Below are positions 1 to 10,456 of a stretch of DNA of 64,000 nucleotides, in pieces. How positions within the stretch are numbered: the first letter of the stretch is position 1; each line of letters opens with the position of its first letter. Source of the DNA: Vicinamibacteria bacterium (GTDB lineage Bacteria > Acidobacteriota > Vicinamibacteria > Marinacidobacterales > Marinacidobacteraceae). The DNA lies in contig OY821641.1 of NCBI GenBank assembly GCA_963555995.3, positions 3,136,001 through 3,200,000 of the forward strand. The letters are read 5' to 3'. The notes under the pieces are model-generated. The model searched no databases. It saw nothing but the letters and a program-made list of their open reading frames with translations, and was not told the DNA's origin. Position numbers and translations under genes: made by a program.

Positions 1-1505
1 GCGCGGGCGGGCGCCCGGTCCGCGATCACCGCGTGCGGAGCGTTCGCGGAGTAGCCGACGAGATACTTGAGCTCCGCCAGCGCGTTCAGCGCGTCGTGGG
101 TGTGGCGCGCCCGCTCCAGCTCCACGTCGCGGCGGGCCTGCGCGGTCTCCATCACGAGGTAGGCGGTGGCCGCTCCGGCCGTCAGCTCCTCGCCCGCGAC
201 CCGTTCCGCTTCGACGGCCTCTTCGAGCGCGAGCGTCGCCTCCTCGATGGCGGTGAGCGCCGCCTCCCAGTTCGCGGTGGCGTTCCGCAGCGTCACTTCG
301 AGGGTGGCCTCGTACTCGTTCTGCTCCCAGTCGTTCTGGGTGCGCTGCGACCGGAGGCTCGCCACCCGCGAGCCGCTGCCGAACCCGTCGAAGAGGTTCC
401 AGGTCAGCGAGACCCCGGCGTTCCAGTTGTGGAGTTCAAGGTCGTAGGTGTTCTCGAAGGCGAAGGTGTTGATCCCGTAGGAGGCGTTCGCCCGGACCTC
501 CGGGCGCGCGTCGGCGAGCGCCAGGCTCGTCTGGGCGTCGAGCAGCTCGCGGTCGAGCCCGAACTGGCGGAGCGTCGGGCGCTGCTGGCCCGCCAGCTCC
601 ATGAGCGCCTCGGCGGGCAGCACCCGCGGCAGCGGATCGGGCAGCTCCAGCGCGTCGAGGACCTCGATGGCCTTCGACTGCTCGCGGCCCACCAGCGCGT
701 TGATGCCGGCGCGCTCCACGGTCAGCACGTCCTCCGCGTCCGCCAGTTGGCGCCGCAGCCGGGAGACCTGCACCCGCGCGCGCAGCACGTCGAGCCGCGC
801 CCCCGCCCCGAGTTCGAGCCGGTCGCGGGCGATTTCCAGCCCTCGTTCGCCGGTCTCGACCGCCTGCCGCAGCACGTCGCGGGTGCGCAGTCCGAGGAGG
901 TAGGCGTGGAGGCGGTTCACGGTGTCCCGCGCGATCCGGTTCTGCGTCTCCTGGAGGTCGGCTTCGACGCGCTGGCGTCCCACCTCGACTCCGCGGAGCG
1001 CGGGGCGCAGGCCGAAGCTCCACACCACCTGCGAGAGCTGGAGGTTCCACAGGTAGGTGCCAAAGGTGAAGGCGCCGCCGAAGTCGCCCACGTCCCCGCC
1101 GCCGAAGGGCGCGGCGTCGGGATCGTCAATGAGCCGCGAGAAGAAGGGGCTGTTGCGGAATCCGGGGTCGCGGGTCTGGGCGGCCTGCAGGTTCAAATTC
1201 AACTGCGGCAGGTAGGGCGAACGCGCCTCCCGCACCAGGCTGGGAAACTCGCCCAGCCGCTCGCGCTGGAGCCGCACCTCGGGGTGCAGTTCGGAAGCCA
1301 CCTCCACCGCCTGGGCGATGGTGAAGGCGAGCGTCTCCTGCGCCAGCAGGTCCCGGTACTGGTCGAGCACCCGGTCGGCAATGGCGGTTTCCCGTTGCTC
1401 TCCCGCGGTCTGCGCGACGGCCGCCACCGGCGCGAGGGCGATCAGCAACGTCGTGACGCCCCACGCTTTCCACCGGCGGCCGCCACGCGCATCGAGAGAT
1501 TTCAT
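1..1505 (-). CDS. TolC-family outer-membrane efflux protein (3' end runs off the window)
   Basis: Not in the ORF track; read manually from ATG 1505 with an AGGAG RBS: MKSLDARGGRRWKAWGVTTLLIALAPVAAVAQ...QAVEVASELHPEVR...ARSPYLPQLNL...ELGAGARLDVLRARVQ...NWNAGVSLTWNLFDGF. Signal peptide plus two OEP-like repeats. Confidence 0.85.
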   Translation of the reverse strand, partial: MKSLDARGGRRWKAWGVTTLLIALAPVAAVAQTAGEQRETAIADRVLDQYRDLLAQETLAFTIAQAVEVASELHPEVRLQRERLGEFPSLVREARSPYLPQLNLNLQAAQTRDPGFRNSPFFSRLIDDPDAAPFGGGDVGDFGGAFTFGTYLWNLQLSQVVWSFGLRPALRGVEVGRQRVEADLQETQNRIARDTVNRLHAYLLGLRTRDVLRQAVETGERGLEIARDRLELGAGARLDVLRARVQVSRLRRQLADAEDVLTVERAGINALVGREQSKAIEVLDALELPDPLPRVLPAEALMELAGQQRPTLRQFGLDRELLDAQTSLALADARPEVRANASYGINTFAFENTYDLELHNWNAGVSLTWNLFDGFGSGSRVASLRSQRTQNDWEQNEYEATLEVTLRNATANWEAALTAIEEATLALEEAVEAERVAGEELTAGAATAYLVMETAQARRDVELERARHTHDALNALAELKYLVGYSANAPHAVIADRAPAR

Positions 1506-1709
1506 CGGTTCTCCTTTCGACGGTTTCCGTCCTTCCGCCGGGCCGGATCGGGCACGCTCCGGGGGCGGCAGGAGATCTCCTCCCTGTCCGGCCGCGGCCG
1601 GTTCCCCCGGCCCGGACCCCACCAGCCATCAGAGCCACGCACGATCAGGTACTCGGCATCAACGATCCAGACCGTCCGCGTGTTCCACCGAAACTCTAGC
1701 CCGCCTTAA

Positions 1710-1888
1710 CAGCCTGTGGACAAAGTCACGCGGCAATCGAACGCCGATGCATCCCGCCTGAACCGCGCCTCTACGAGGCGCTCTGCGTTGCGTTTCGGTC
1801 GGAATACACCCGGTATTCCTCCCTCACGCGCCTTGTCAGCCGGGCGCCTCGGCGTTCTCGGTGCTCACGTCACTTTATCCACAGGCTG
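1710..1888. mobile_element. 179-bp MITE, copy 1
   Basis: TIRs CAGCCTGTGG...CCACAGGCTG, TTAA on both sides, internal hairpin GGAATACACCCGGTATTCC; opposite orientation to the copies at 56897 and 58292. Confidence 0.85.
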
Positions 1889-2100
1889 TTAAGCCTCCCC
1901 GATGGCGCCCCCGCCTTGGAACCCCGCCCTCCAGACCGGCACACGCCCCGCAGGCCCGCAAAGCGCGGCGGGCTGCACGCCCTGATGGCGCCCCCGCCTT
2001 GGAACGCCGGTCTCCAGACCGGCACCGCGGCGCTCCGCGCCGCGCACGGCGCAACGCCGGGCGGCCGAGCGGCGCCACCGGCCTGGACACCGGACCCGCC

Positions 2101-2207
2101 ACGGCGACCTGTTCCTCCCGGAGATCTGGTCACTGCGACAGGTTCCCCGCGATCCGACTCGCTACTGCTACATGTTCACGTGAATTCCGGCTACTGCGAC
2201 ATGTAGC
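2101..2207. repeat. Four phased ~14-bp direct repeats (consensus ACTGCGACATGTTC)
   Basis: Copies at 2101, 2132, 2164 and 2193; spacing 31/32/29 bp. Confidence 0.55.
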
Positions 2208-2347
2208 TTTCGAAGGCCCCGCATCGAGAGACACCCGGATTCACGCAGTCCGAAGACACCAACCTCTACGCCCTCGTGATCACGGGAGACGTTGCGCCGT
2301 TCCGCTGCGCTCTGCGCAGCGGGCGCCGCGTGAAGCCGGCGGTCCCG

Positions 2348-2690
2348 CCGGTGCGACATCAGGGTTGACTGCGTTACACGGCCCCGGTGGACCGGGCCGT
2401 GCGCGTCGTCAGGATGGATGGGGGTTTCGACGTGCGCGGCGCGGAGCGCCGCGGTGCCGGTCTGGAGACCGGCGTTCCAAGCCGGGTGCGACATCGGGGC
2501 ATACAGCCCTACGCGCTTGGCGGGCCCGCGGCCACGGTGGACCGGGCCGTGCGCGTCGTCAGGATGGATGGGGGTTTCGACGTGCGCGGCGCGGAGCGCC
2601 GCGGTGCCGGTCTGGAGACCGGCGTTCCAAGCCGGTGCGACATCCGGGCGTACGGCCCTGCGCGCTTTGCGGGCCGGCGTTCCAGGCTGT
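2348..2690. repeat. 150-bp tandem duplication containing REP palindromes
   Basis: Near-identical units start at 2385 and 2535; each carries GCCGGTCTGGAGACCGGCGTTCC. Confidence 0.85.
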
Positions 2691-2779
2691 ACGGGGCATT
2701 TCCCTCTGCTACAGTCGCGCGCCCACAAGGCCCGGTCCTCTGGCGCAGCGCGTAGCCGGCCCCGTGCCGGCGTCCCTGC

Positions 2780-3718
<939 letters not shown>

Positions 3719-3722
3719 ACCC

Positions 3723-4772
3723 ATGCCTACGAACGCGACACCGCCCCGCCCCGTCACGGTGGCTTTCTGCGAACACCCTCCCGACTTCGTCCGCCAGATG
3801 GCGTCCCAGGCGCTTGCGGGATTCGACCTGCGGATCCCCGAGAGCGACGCGCGCCGGGACGTCGAGGCGGCCGTCGCCGGCGGTGACGTGCTGATCGCCA
3901 GAAAACGGCGCATCGGCTCCCGCGAAATGGACTGCGCCCAGCCGTCGCTCATCATCGCGCTCGGCCGGAACCCGATCTCGGTGAGCCTCCGGGCGGCGGC
4001 GAAACGCTCCATCCCGGTGACCGCCATCCCCCATCCCGGCGCCATCGCGGTCGCCGACCACACCCTGGGGCTCCTGCTGGCGGTGGCCCGCCGCATCGTG
4101 GAGGGCGACGACGGCGTACGGGCCGGGGCCTACCGGGAACGGGGCCTCGAACCGGCGGTCACCACGGAACGCCTCTTCGCCTTCAACTGGCTGGGCCGGA
4201 AGGACGCCTTCATCCTCGACGGCCTCGAACTGGGGCTCGTCGGGTTCGGGGCGATCGGCCAGGAGGTGGCGCGCCGCGCGCTCGGCTTCGGGATGCGGGT
4301 CCGCTACCACCAGCGCCAGTTGCTGCAGGCGGGGTGGAACCGGCGGCTCGGGGTGGAGGCGGTCTCCTTCTTCGAAGAGCTGCTGGAGACCAGCGACGTC
4401 CTCAGCCTCCACATCCCCCACACCCCCCAGACCGAGGATCTGCTCGACGGCGCGCGGCTCGACCGGATGAAGCCGGGGGCGATCCTCGTCAACACCGCGC
4501 GGGGCGGCCTCGTGGACGAGGCGGCGCTCGCGGAGCGGCTCCGGGACGGCCGGCTCGGCGGCGCCGGGCTCGACGTGTTCCGGGAGGAGCCCCTGCCCCA
4601 CGACCATCCCTTCGTGAACACCCCGCGGCTCGTGCTCGCCCCCCACACCGGCGGGGCGGGCGCGGGCGGCCAGCGGGAACTCTTCGTCCGGGTCGCCGCC
4701 GCGATCCGGGAACACGCTGCCCGCACGGACGGAACCGGTCGGACGGAAACCGGGAAAGAGCAGACCCCATGA
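3723..4772 (+). CDS. D-isomer-specific 2-hydroxyacid dehydrogenase
   Basis: GFGAIG, VNTARGGLVDE, LDVFREEP and LAPHTGG motifs. Confidence 0.9.
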   Translation: MPTNATPPRPVTVAFCEHPPDFVRQMASQALAGFDLRIPESDARRDVEAAVAGGDVLIARKRRIGSREMDCAQPSLIIALGRNPISVSLRAAAKRSIPVTAIPHPGAIAVADHTLGLLLAVARRIVEGDDGVRAGAYRERGLEPAVTTERLFAFNWLGRKDAFILDGLELGLVGFGAIGQEVARRALGFGMRVRYHQRQLLQAGWNRRLGVEAVSFFEELLETSDVLSLHIPHTPQTEDLLDGARLDRMKPGAILVNTARGGLVDEAALAERLRDGRLGGAGLDVFREEPLPHDHPFVNTPRLVLAPHTGGAGAGGQRELFVRVAAAIREHAARTDGTGRTETGKEQTP

Positions 4773-5827
4773 CCAACCAACACCAGCCACTCACCGTCGG
4801 GCCGGTCGCCTGTCCGCCGGGCGAACGCGCCACCGGGTTCGTTCCCGCCGTCGAGCGGGTGGACGGGACCCCGCTCGGGTTTCCGGTCCTCATCGCGAAC
4901 GGCGCCCGGCCGGGTCCGGTGCTGCTCGTTGACGGCGGCATCCACGGCGACGAACAGGAAGGGACGCTGGCGGTGGCCGAGTTCGTCAACGAACTCGACC
5001 CGGGCGCCCTGACCGGCGCGGTGGTCGCGGTGCCGCTGATGAACGTCGGCGCCTTCGAGGCGATGGCGCGCGGCAACCCCCGCGACACCCACAGCCACGA
5101 CATGAACCGGATCTACCCGGGGAACCCGAGCGGGTACCTCACCGACCGCATCGCCGCCACCCACGCGGAGACGGCCGCCGCGGTCGCCGACATCGAGATC
5201 ACCTTCCACTCCGGCGGCAACATCTGCTACCTCGGCGAGACGATCTTCACGACCTCGAACGACCCGCTCGGGCTGGAGCTCGCCCAGGCGATGGGGCCGG
5301 ACTGGACCATCGTGCTGGACACCCCGCATCCCGCCGGCTCCCCGATGGCGGCCATGACCCCGAACGGCAAGCCGGCCATCACGGTGGAACTCGGGGGGAG
5401 CGCCGGGACGATGCCGGGGGTGTTCCGCGAGAACGTGGACATCCTGAAGCGCGCCATCGGGAACGTCTGCCGCCACTACGGGATGCTGGAAGGCGCAGCC
5501 GCGTTCGCGCCGAAGCTCTGGCGCGGGCGGCAGAACGTGCTGCGCGCCAGCCGCAGCGGGATCCTGAGCCCGGCGGCCGGCGAGGCGGGCGACCACCTGA
5601 AGCGGCCCATCCGCAAGGGGCAGACCCTGCTGCGCATCCATGACCTGCTCGGGAACCCGGTCGAGGACCTGAACGCCCCCTGCGACGGCGTGCTCTTCGG
5701 GTTCCGCACCCATCCCTCGACGACCGCGGGAGACTGGACGCTCTTCTGCGGGGAGGCTGAGTTCGTGGCGGTCGAACCGCCCCAAAGCCGGAAACAAAGG
5801 TCGCGCGAGCCGGGGAGCGCCCCATGA
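4769..5827 (+). CDS. Succinylglutamate desuccinylase/aspartoacylase (M14-like) family protein
   Basis: ATG 4769 overlaps the upstream stop; GGIHGDE, DMNRIYPG, TFHSG, C-terminal APCDG. Confidence 0.85.
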   Translation: MTNQHQPLTVGPVACPPGERATGFVPAVERVDGTPLGFPVLIANGARPGPVLLVDGGIHGDEQEGTLAVAEFVNELDPGALTGAVVAVPLMNVGAFEAMARGNPRDTHSHDMNRIYPGNPSGYLTDRIAATHAETAAAVADIEITFHSGGNICYLGETIFTTSNDPLGLELAQAMGPDWTIVLDTPHPAGSPMAAMTPNGKPAITVELGGSAGTMPGVFRENVDILKRAIGNVCRHYGMLEGAAAFAPKLWRGRQNVLRASRSGILSPAAGEAGDHLKRPIRKGQTLLRIHDLLGNPVEDLNAPCDGVLFGFRTHPSTTAGDWTLFCGEAEFVAVEPPQSRKQRSREPGSAP

Positions 5828-6975
5828 TCGCCCAGCCGCTGCTGCTGCTCGCCTTCCTGCTGCTGATCATCGCGGCGGCGCGGCAGGCGGAGGAGCGCTT
5901 TCCCGTCATCCAGAAGATCAGCTCCGCCGTCGTCTGCACGCTGCTCGGCATCCTGCTCGCGAACGTCGGGCTCATCCCGCGCGGCGGCGAGTTCATGGGT
6001 TCGCTGTCGCGCTACGCGATCCCCTACGCGATCGTGCTCTTCGTGCTCTCGACCCGGCTGGCCGACCTGAAGACCGCCGGACCCCGCATGGTGGTGGGCT
6101 TCGGGATCGCGGGGTTCGGCACCTTCGTGGGCGCCTTCACCGCCAGCCTGCTCTTCGCCGGGCTCCTCGGGCCCGAGACCTGGAAGCTCGGCGGCACCTT
6201 CGCCGGCGCCTTCTGGGGCGGCGGCCTCAACTTCGCGGCGGTCGGCCAGGGGCTCGAGATGACCCCCAGCCTCTTCGCGGGCGCCTTCGTGGTGGACAAC
6301 CTCTCGACGGTGCCCTGGATGCTCGGGCAGGTCGCGCTCGCCTCGGCGCTTGCGGGGGTCTTCCTGCGGCGGGCGAAACCCGACGCGCTGGACGCCGCGG
6401 CCGACGACTCCGAGGTGGACACCGACGCGCTGCGGCGCACCTGGACCGAGGGCTCGATCTCGATCACCCATCTCGCCATCCTGGCGGCCATCCCCCTGCT
6501 CGCGCTGGTCGCCGCCGGGCAGTTCGCCCGGGTGCTTCCCGGCGTGCCGGAAGTGCTCTGGCTGACGACGATCGCGCTGGTCCTGGGGCAGGTGCCGGCC
6601 ATCCAGCGTCTGAGCGGTTCCGCGATGCTCTCCTATTTCGCCCTCCACCTCTTCTTCATCGTGATCGGCGCCGGCTCCGACGTGCGGGAGGTGGTGGCGG
6701 CGGGGCCGTGGCTGTTCTTCTACATGATCCTGATCATCCTGATCCACGCCGCCGTGCTCTACGGGCTCGGCTGGCTCCTCCGCTTCGACCTGGCGACCAT
6801 CACCCTGTCGAGCCAGGCCGCGGTGGGCGGACCGGGATCGGCGCTCGCCCTCGGGATGGCGCTCAAGTGGAAGCACCGGATCGCCCCGGCGGTCATCATG
6901 GGGATCTTCGGCTACGGGTTCGGGAACTACCTGGGGTTTGGCACGGCCTACCTGCTCCGGGGAGTGCTGCCGTGA
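5824..6975 (+). CDS. DUF819-family membrane protein (putative transporter)
   Basis: Polytopic; GGGLNFAAV and SQAAVGGPGSA motifs. Confidence 0.75.
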   Translation: MIAQPLLLLAFLLLIIAAARQAEERFPVIQKISSAVVCTLLGILLANVGLIPRGGEFMGSLSRYAIPYAIVLFVLSTRLADLKTAGPRMVVGFGIAGFGTFVGAFTASLLFAGLLGPETWKLGGTFAGAFWGGGLNFAAVGQGLEMTPSLFAGAFVVDNLSTVPWMLGQVALASALAGVFLRRAKPDALDAAADDSEVDTDALRRTWTEGSISITHLAILAAIPLLALVAAGQFARVLPGVPEVLWLTTIALVLGQVPAIQRLSGSAMLSYFALHLFFIVIGAGSDVREVVAAGPWLFFYMILIILIHAAVLYGLGWLLRFDLATITLSSQAAVGGPGSALALGMALKWKHRIAPAVIMGIFGYGFGNYLGFGTAYLLRGVLP

Positions 6976-7138
6976 GAATCCAGGATCGCCGATCCGTCTC
7001 GGAGCGCCAGCCTCCGGCTGGCCCAGTCCTCCCGGTGGGGGCCGCGCGGAAGCGCGAAACCCGCGCTGTCGGCGCCCCTCCCCGTGAGCGCGAGGCGCAC
7101 GTTCGGCCAGGTCAACCAGCGAGGTTGCGCCGCCGACT

Positions 7139-7162
7139 GGGAGCGCCGGTCTTCAGACCGGC
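7139..7162. repeat. REP palindrome GGGAGCGCCGGTCTTCAGACCGGC (representative copy)
   Basis: Same or variant palindrome near 2001, 10173, 13267, 13414, 20667, 28506, 28782, 31997, 43176, 43344, 43427, 46207, 46356, 59983 and 60123. Confidence 0.9.
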
Positions 7163-7423
7163 ACGCGCTGCGCGAGCGCGCAGCGCACGGCACGACGCTG
7201 GCCGGCGCGGTGGCGCTCTGCTCCCGGTGCATCACCGCCGACAGCGACACGACATCCGCGGGCCTTCGGCCCGCTGTGCCGCTCTGAAGAGCGGCGCTCC
7301 CGGCTGTCGCCGCCGTTCTTGTGCCCGCGGAGTGGGAGGAGGACCCGGTCAGGAGCGTTTCGCCTCCCTTCGGACGGCGATGCGGGCCGGAGGCCGGCGC
7401 TCCGGGAGGGTGGCGCCGGGCTG

Positions 7424-8227
7424 ATGGGCGGAAGACTCCGGGGGCGCCGGGTGCTGGTCACCGGGGCGGCGCGCGGGCTGGGGGCCTCGGCGGCCTGGGG
7501 GCTGGCCGCGGAGGGGGCCGAGTGCATCCTGCTCGACCGCTCGGGCGACGAGCTCCGGGCGACGGTCGAGGCGGCGGCGCGGCGGGGGCCCGGTCCCTTC
7601 CACCCCCTGGTGTGCGATCTCGCCAGCCGGGAGGCGACGCTCGACGCGGCGGCCCGCGCCCGGGAGGCCGCGCGGGGGGACCTCACGCTGCTCGTTCACT
7701 GCGCGGCGGTGTTCCACGTCCGGCCCGTCGAGGAGACGACGGACGCCCAGTGGGACGAGATGGTGGCCGTGAACCTCGCTGCCGCCTTCCTGCTCGTCCG
7801 GGAGTTCATGCCCGAACTCCGGGCCGGGGACGGCGGTTCGGTCCTGCTGACCAGCTCGCGCGCGGGAATCTCCGGATTCGCCGACGAGGCCGGGTACTGC
7901 GCGACCAAGTTCGGGACCGAGGGCCTCGCGAAGGCGCTCGCCGAAGAGTGCGGCGGCGCCGGGATCCTGGCCAACACGATCACGCCGGGGGCGGGGCGCA
8001 TCAAGCCCACCGGCCTCTCGCGAGCCGACGAAGCCGCAATTCCGGAGGCGGAGCGGACCTGGGGGTCTTCGGAAGCGCTGGGTCCGGCATTCGCGGCCTT
8101 CGCCCTGCTGCCCGGCTTCGAGGGCGCCCCGAACGGGCGCCGTTTCGAGGCCGACCGGGTGGCGGACATGGTGCGGAGCCGAGGCATTCCGCTTCCCGGC
8201 GACGGGTGGAAGGAACTCGCCCCATGA
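7424..8227 (+). CDS. SDR-family oxidoreductase
   Basis: VTGAARGLG and YCATK; start set at ATG 7424. Confidence 0.85.
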   Translation: MGGRLRGRRVLVTGAARGLGASAAWGLAAEGAECILLDRSGDELRATVEAAARRGPGPFHPLVCDLASREATLDAAARAREAARGDLTLLVHCAAVFHVRPVEETTDAQWDEMVAVNLAAAFLLVREFMPELRAGDGGSVLLTSSRAGISGFADEAGYCATKFGTEGLAKALAEECGGAGILANTITPGAGRIKPTGLSRADEAAIPEAERTWGSSEALGPAFAAFALLPGFEGAPNGRRFEADRVADMVRSRGIPLPGDGWKELAP

Positions 8228-10119
8228 CCCACTTCTGCCCCATTCCGGTCTCCGACCGCTCGCACGCGCTCGGAGCGGCCCGGACCCTTCCCGACCCCGG
8301 GGTCGCGCTCGCTCCCGAGCCCGCCGCCGCGCTCCGGTCGGCCCTCCTCGGCGGCGAGACGCACTACACCCCTCGCCCGGGCCTTCCGGAACTGCAGCAG
8401 GCGATCGGCCGGCGGCTCGAGGCGGCCGGGGCGCCGCCCGGAGGGACGGTGGTCGTCACCGGCGGGCGGCAGGAAGCGCTTTTCGTCGCACTCGCCGGGG
8501 CGCGGGCGGGAGCCGGTGACAAACCCGGCGGCGTGGCGCTCTCCCCGGCGACCGACGGCGATCCCGGAGTGCTCGCCGCCTGCGCCCTCCTCGATCTGGT
8601 TCCGGTGACCGAGGCGGCCGGGGACGACGCGGTCGCGCGGGTCGTCACCCCGGAGGAGGCCGGCGGCGCCGGGCCGGTCGAAATCGTGGACTGCGGCGAC
8701 CGGCTCCTCCCCGACGACGCGGAGAACACCTTCCTCGCCGGGGTGGGAGACGAAGCGGTGCTCGTCGGCTCGCTCGACGGCCTCCCCGAACTCGCCCCGT
8801 TCCGGGTCGGCTTCTTCCGGGCGCCGCCCCGGCTGCTGGGCCGGCTCCGGAGCCTGAAGCAGGCGGTCTCGATCTGCACCGCGGCCCCCTCGCAGCGGAC
8901 CGCCGCGCTCCTGCTGGGAGCCGGGCCGGCGAAACCGCAGCCGCGGCCCACGCTGGCCAAACCCGGCAGAGACGACTCGCGCTACTCCCTGATGGAGCTC
9001 GCCGCGCGTCTCGAGGGCGTGGTCAGCCTCGGCCGCGGCGATCCCGACGCCGACGCCCCGGAACCGGTGCTCGAAGCCGCCTGCGCCCGGATCAGGGAGA
9101 CGGAACCGCTGGACCCGCTCGGCCAGCGCTGGCTCCGCGAACGGATCGTCGAGCGGGAGGAGGCCCGCACCGGCATCCGCTGGGACCCGGACACCGAGAC
9201 CCTGGTCACCGGCGGCGCCCAGGAGGGCATCACCCTCGCGATGCTGGCGCTCGTGGGCGAGCGGGAGGAAGTGCTGCTCGCCGATCCGCGCTACACCTCG
9301 TACGTCCAGGCCATCGCGCTCGCGCGCGGCCGGATGGCGCCGGTTCCCTGCGGAGGAGTCCCCGGCGACGGCGGCGAGGACTTCGGGATGCGCGCCGCGG
9401 CCACCGAGGAAGTCCTCCGCCAGACCGAGCGGCCCCGGCTCCTCACGATCGTGAACTTCTCCAACCCCACCGGCGCCCGCACCCGCGCGGAAGAAGTCGA
9501 GAACCTGTGCGGGCTCGCCGACCGCCACCACCTCTGGGTGCTGTCCGACGAGGTGTACGCCGACATGGCGCTCGACGGCGAGGGACCGGTCCTCTCGCCG
9601 TCCACGCTCCCGGGGATGCGGAACCGGACGCTGACCATGGGAAGCGTCTCCAAGAGCTACGCCATGACCGGCTTCCGCGTCGGCTACCTGACCGGCCCCG
9701 CCGACGCCATCGCCGCCTGCGCCCGCGCCAAGGCGGCGCTCTCCGGCCCGGGGCCGCTCTTCTCCCAGCGGGCGGCGGCGGCCGCGCTCGCCGGCGGCGA
9801 TGCGTTCCCGGCCCGGCTCCGCGAAATCTACGCGCCCCGCAGGCAACTGCTGCTCGACGGGTTCGCCCGGCTCGGCATCCCCACCGCCGCGCAGGGCGGC
9901 GGATTCTTCGTCTGGGCGGACATCTCCCGCTTCGGTCTCTCCGCGGAAGCGTTCTGCCGCCGCCTCCTCACCGAGGCGCGCGTGCTGATCTTCCCCGGCA
10001 CCGCCTTCGGCGAGCGCTGGGACCGCTACGCCCGGGTCTCCATGCTCCAGTCGGAGGAGCGGATCGGCGAAGCGCTGGAGCGGATGGCGAGCTTCGACCC
10101 CCGCGCCGCCGCGCTGTAG
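8224..10119 (+). CDS. Class I/II PLP aminotransferase with a degenerate N-terminal duplicate domain
   Basis: C-domain has SNPTG, SDEVY and SVSKSYAMTGFRVG; N-domain has THYTPRPGLPEL, TGGRQEAL and FRVGF but no catalytic Lys. Confidence 0.85.
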   Translation: MTHFCPIPVSDRSHALGAARTLPDPGVALAPEPAAALRSALLGGETHYTPRPGLPELQQAIGRRLEAAGAPPGGTVVVTGGRQEALFVALAGARAGAGDKPGGVALSPATDGDPGVLAACALLDLVPVTEAAGDDAVARVVTPEEAGGAGPVEIVDCGDRLLPDDAENTFLAGVGDEAVLVGSLDGLPELAPFRVGFFRAPPRLLGRLRSLKQAVSICTAAPSQRTAALLLGAGPAKPQPRPTLAKPGRDDSRYSLMELAARLEGVVSLGRGDPDADAPEPVLEAACARIRETEPLDPLGQRWLRERIVEREEARTGIRWDPDTETLVTGGAQEGITLAMLALVGEREEVLLADPRYTSYVQAIALARGRMAPVPCGGVPGDGGEDFGMRAAATEEVLRQTERPRLLTIVNFSNPTGARTRAEEVENLCGLADRHHLWVLSDEVYADMALDGEGPVLSPSTLPGMRNRTLTMGSVSKSYAMTGFRVGYLTGPADAIAACARAKAALSGPGPLFSQRAAAAALAGGDAFPARLREIYAPRRQLLLDGFARLGIPTAAQGGGFFVWADISRFGLSAEAFCRRLLTEARVLIFPGTAFGERWDRYARVSMLQSEERIGEALERMASFDPRAAAL

Positions 10120-10456
10120 GGGACGGCGGCCGCACGGTCGGTCGCCAGACCGGCCTGGCGGCGCGACGGCTTGGAACGCCGGTCTCCAGACCGGCACCGC
10201 GGCGCTCCGCGCCGCGCATGTCGCAACGCCACTACGCCTCACCGCACCCACCAATCGGAATCGGCAGACTGGCGCCGGGACCGAGTCTTTCCATTCGCAG
10301 TAGCTCGCCCGGGGTTGCGAGACCGTCGTGAAGGATCTTGCGTGCTTTCCTGTCCCGGGGCGCAACGCTCGTTCTTCCGAATTCCCGTTCGACGCGTCGT
10401 CGCCGAGGCAGGGTGTTCCGCCTCCCGTAGAATCGAAGCGACGGGAGGGACGCCCG

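Noticed and set aside
33-1709. 558-aa plus-strand ORF
   Set aside because: It is the antisense shadow of the TolC gene.
2243-2600. tmRNA or riboswitch (GGGGGTTTCGAC; GCAGTC...GACTGC stem)
   Set aside because: The motif lies inside a 150-bp tandem repeat; no tag reading frame or tRNA-like 3' end was found.
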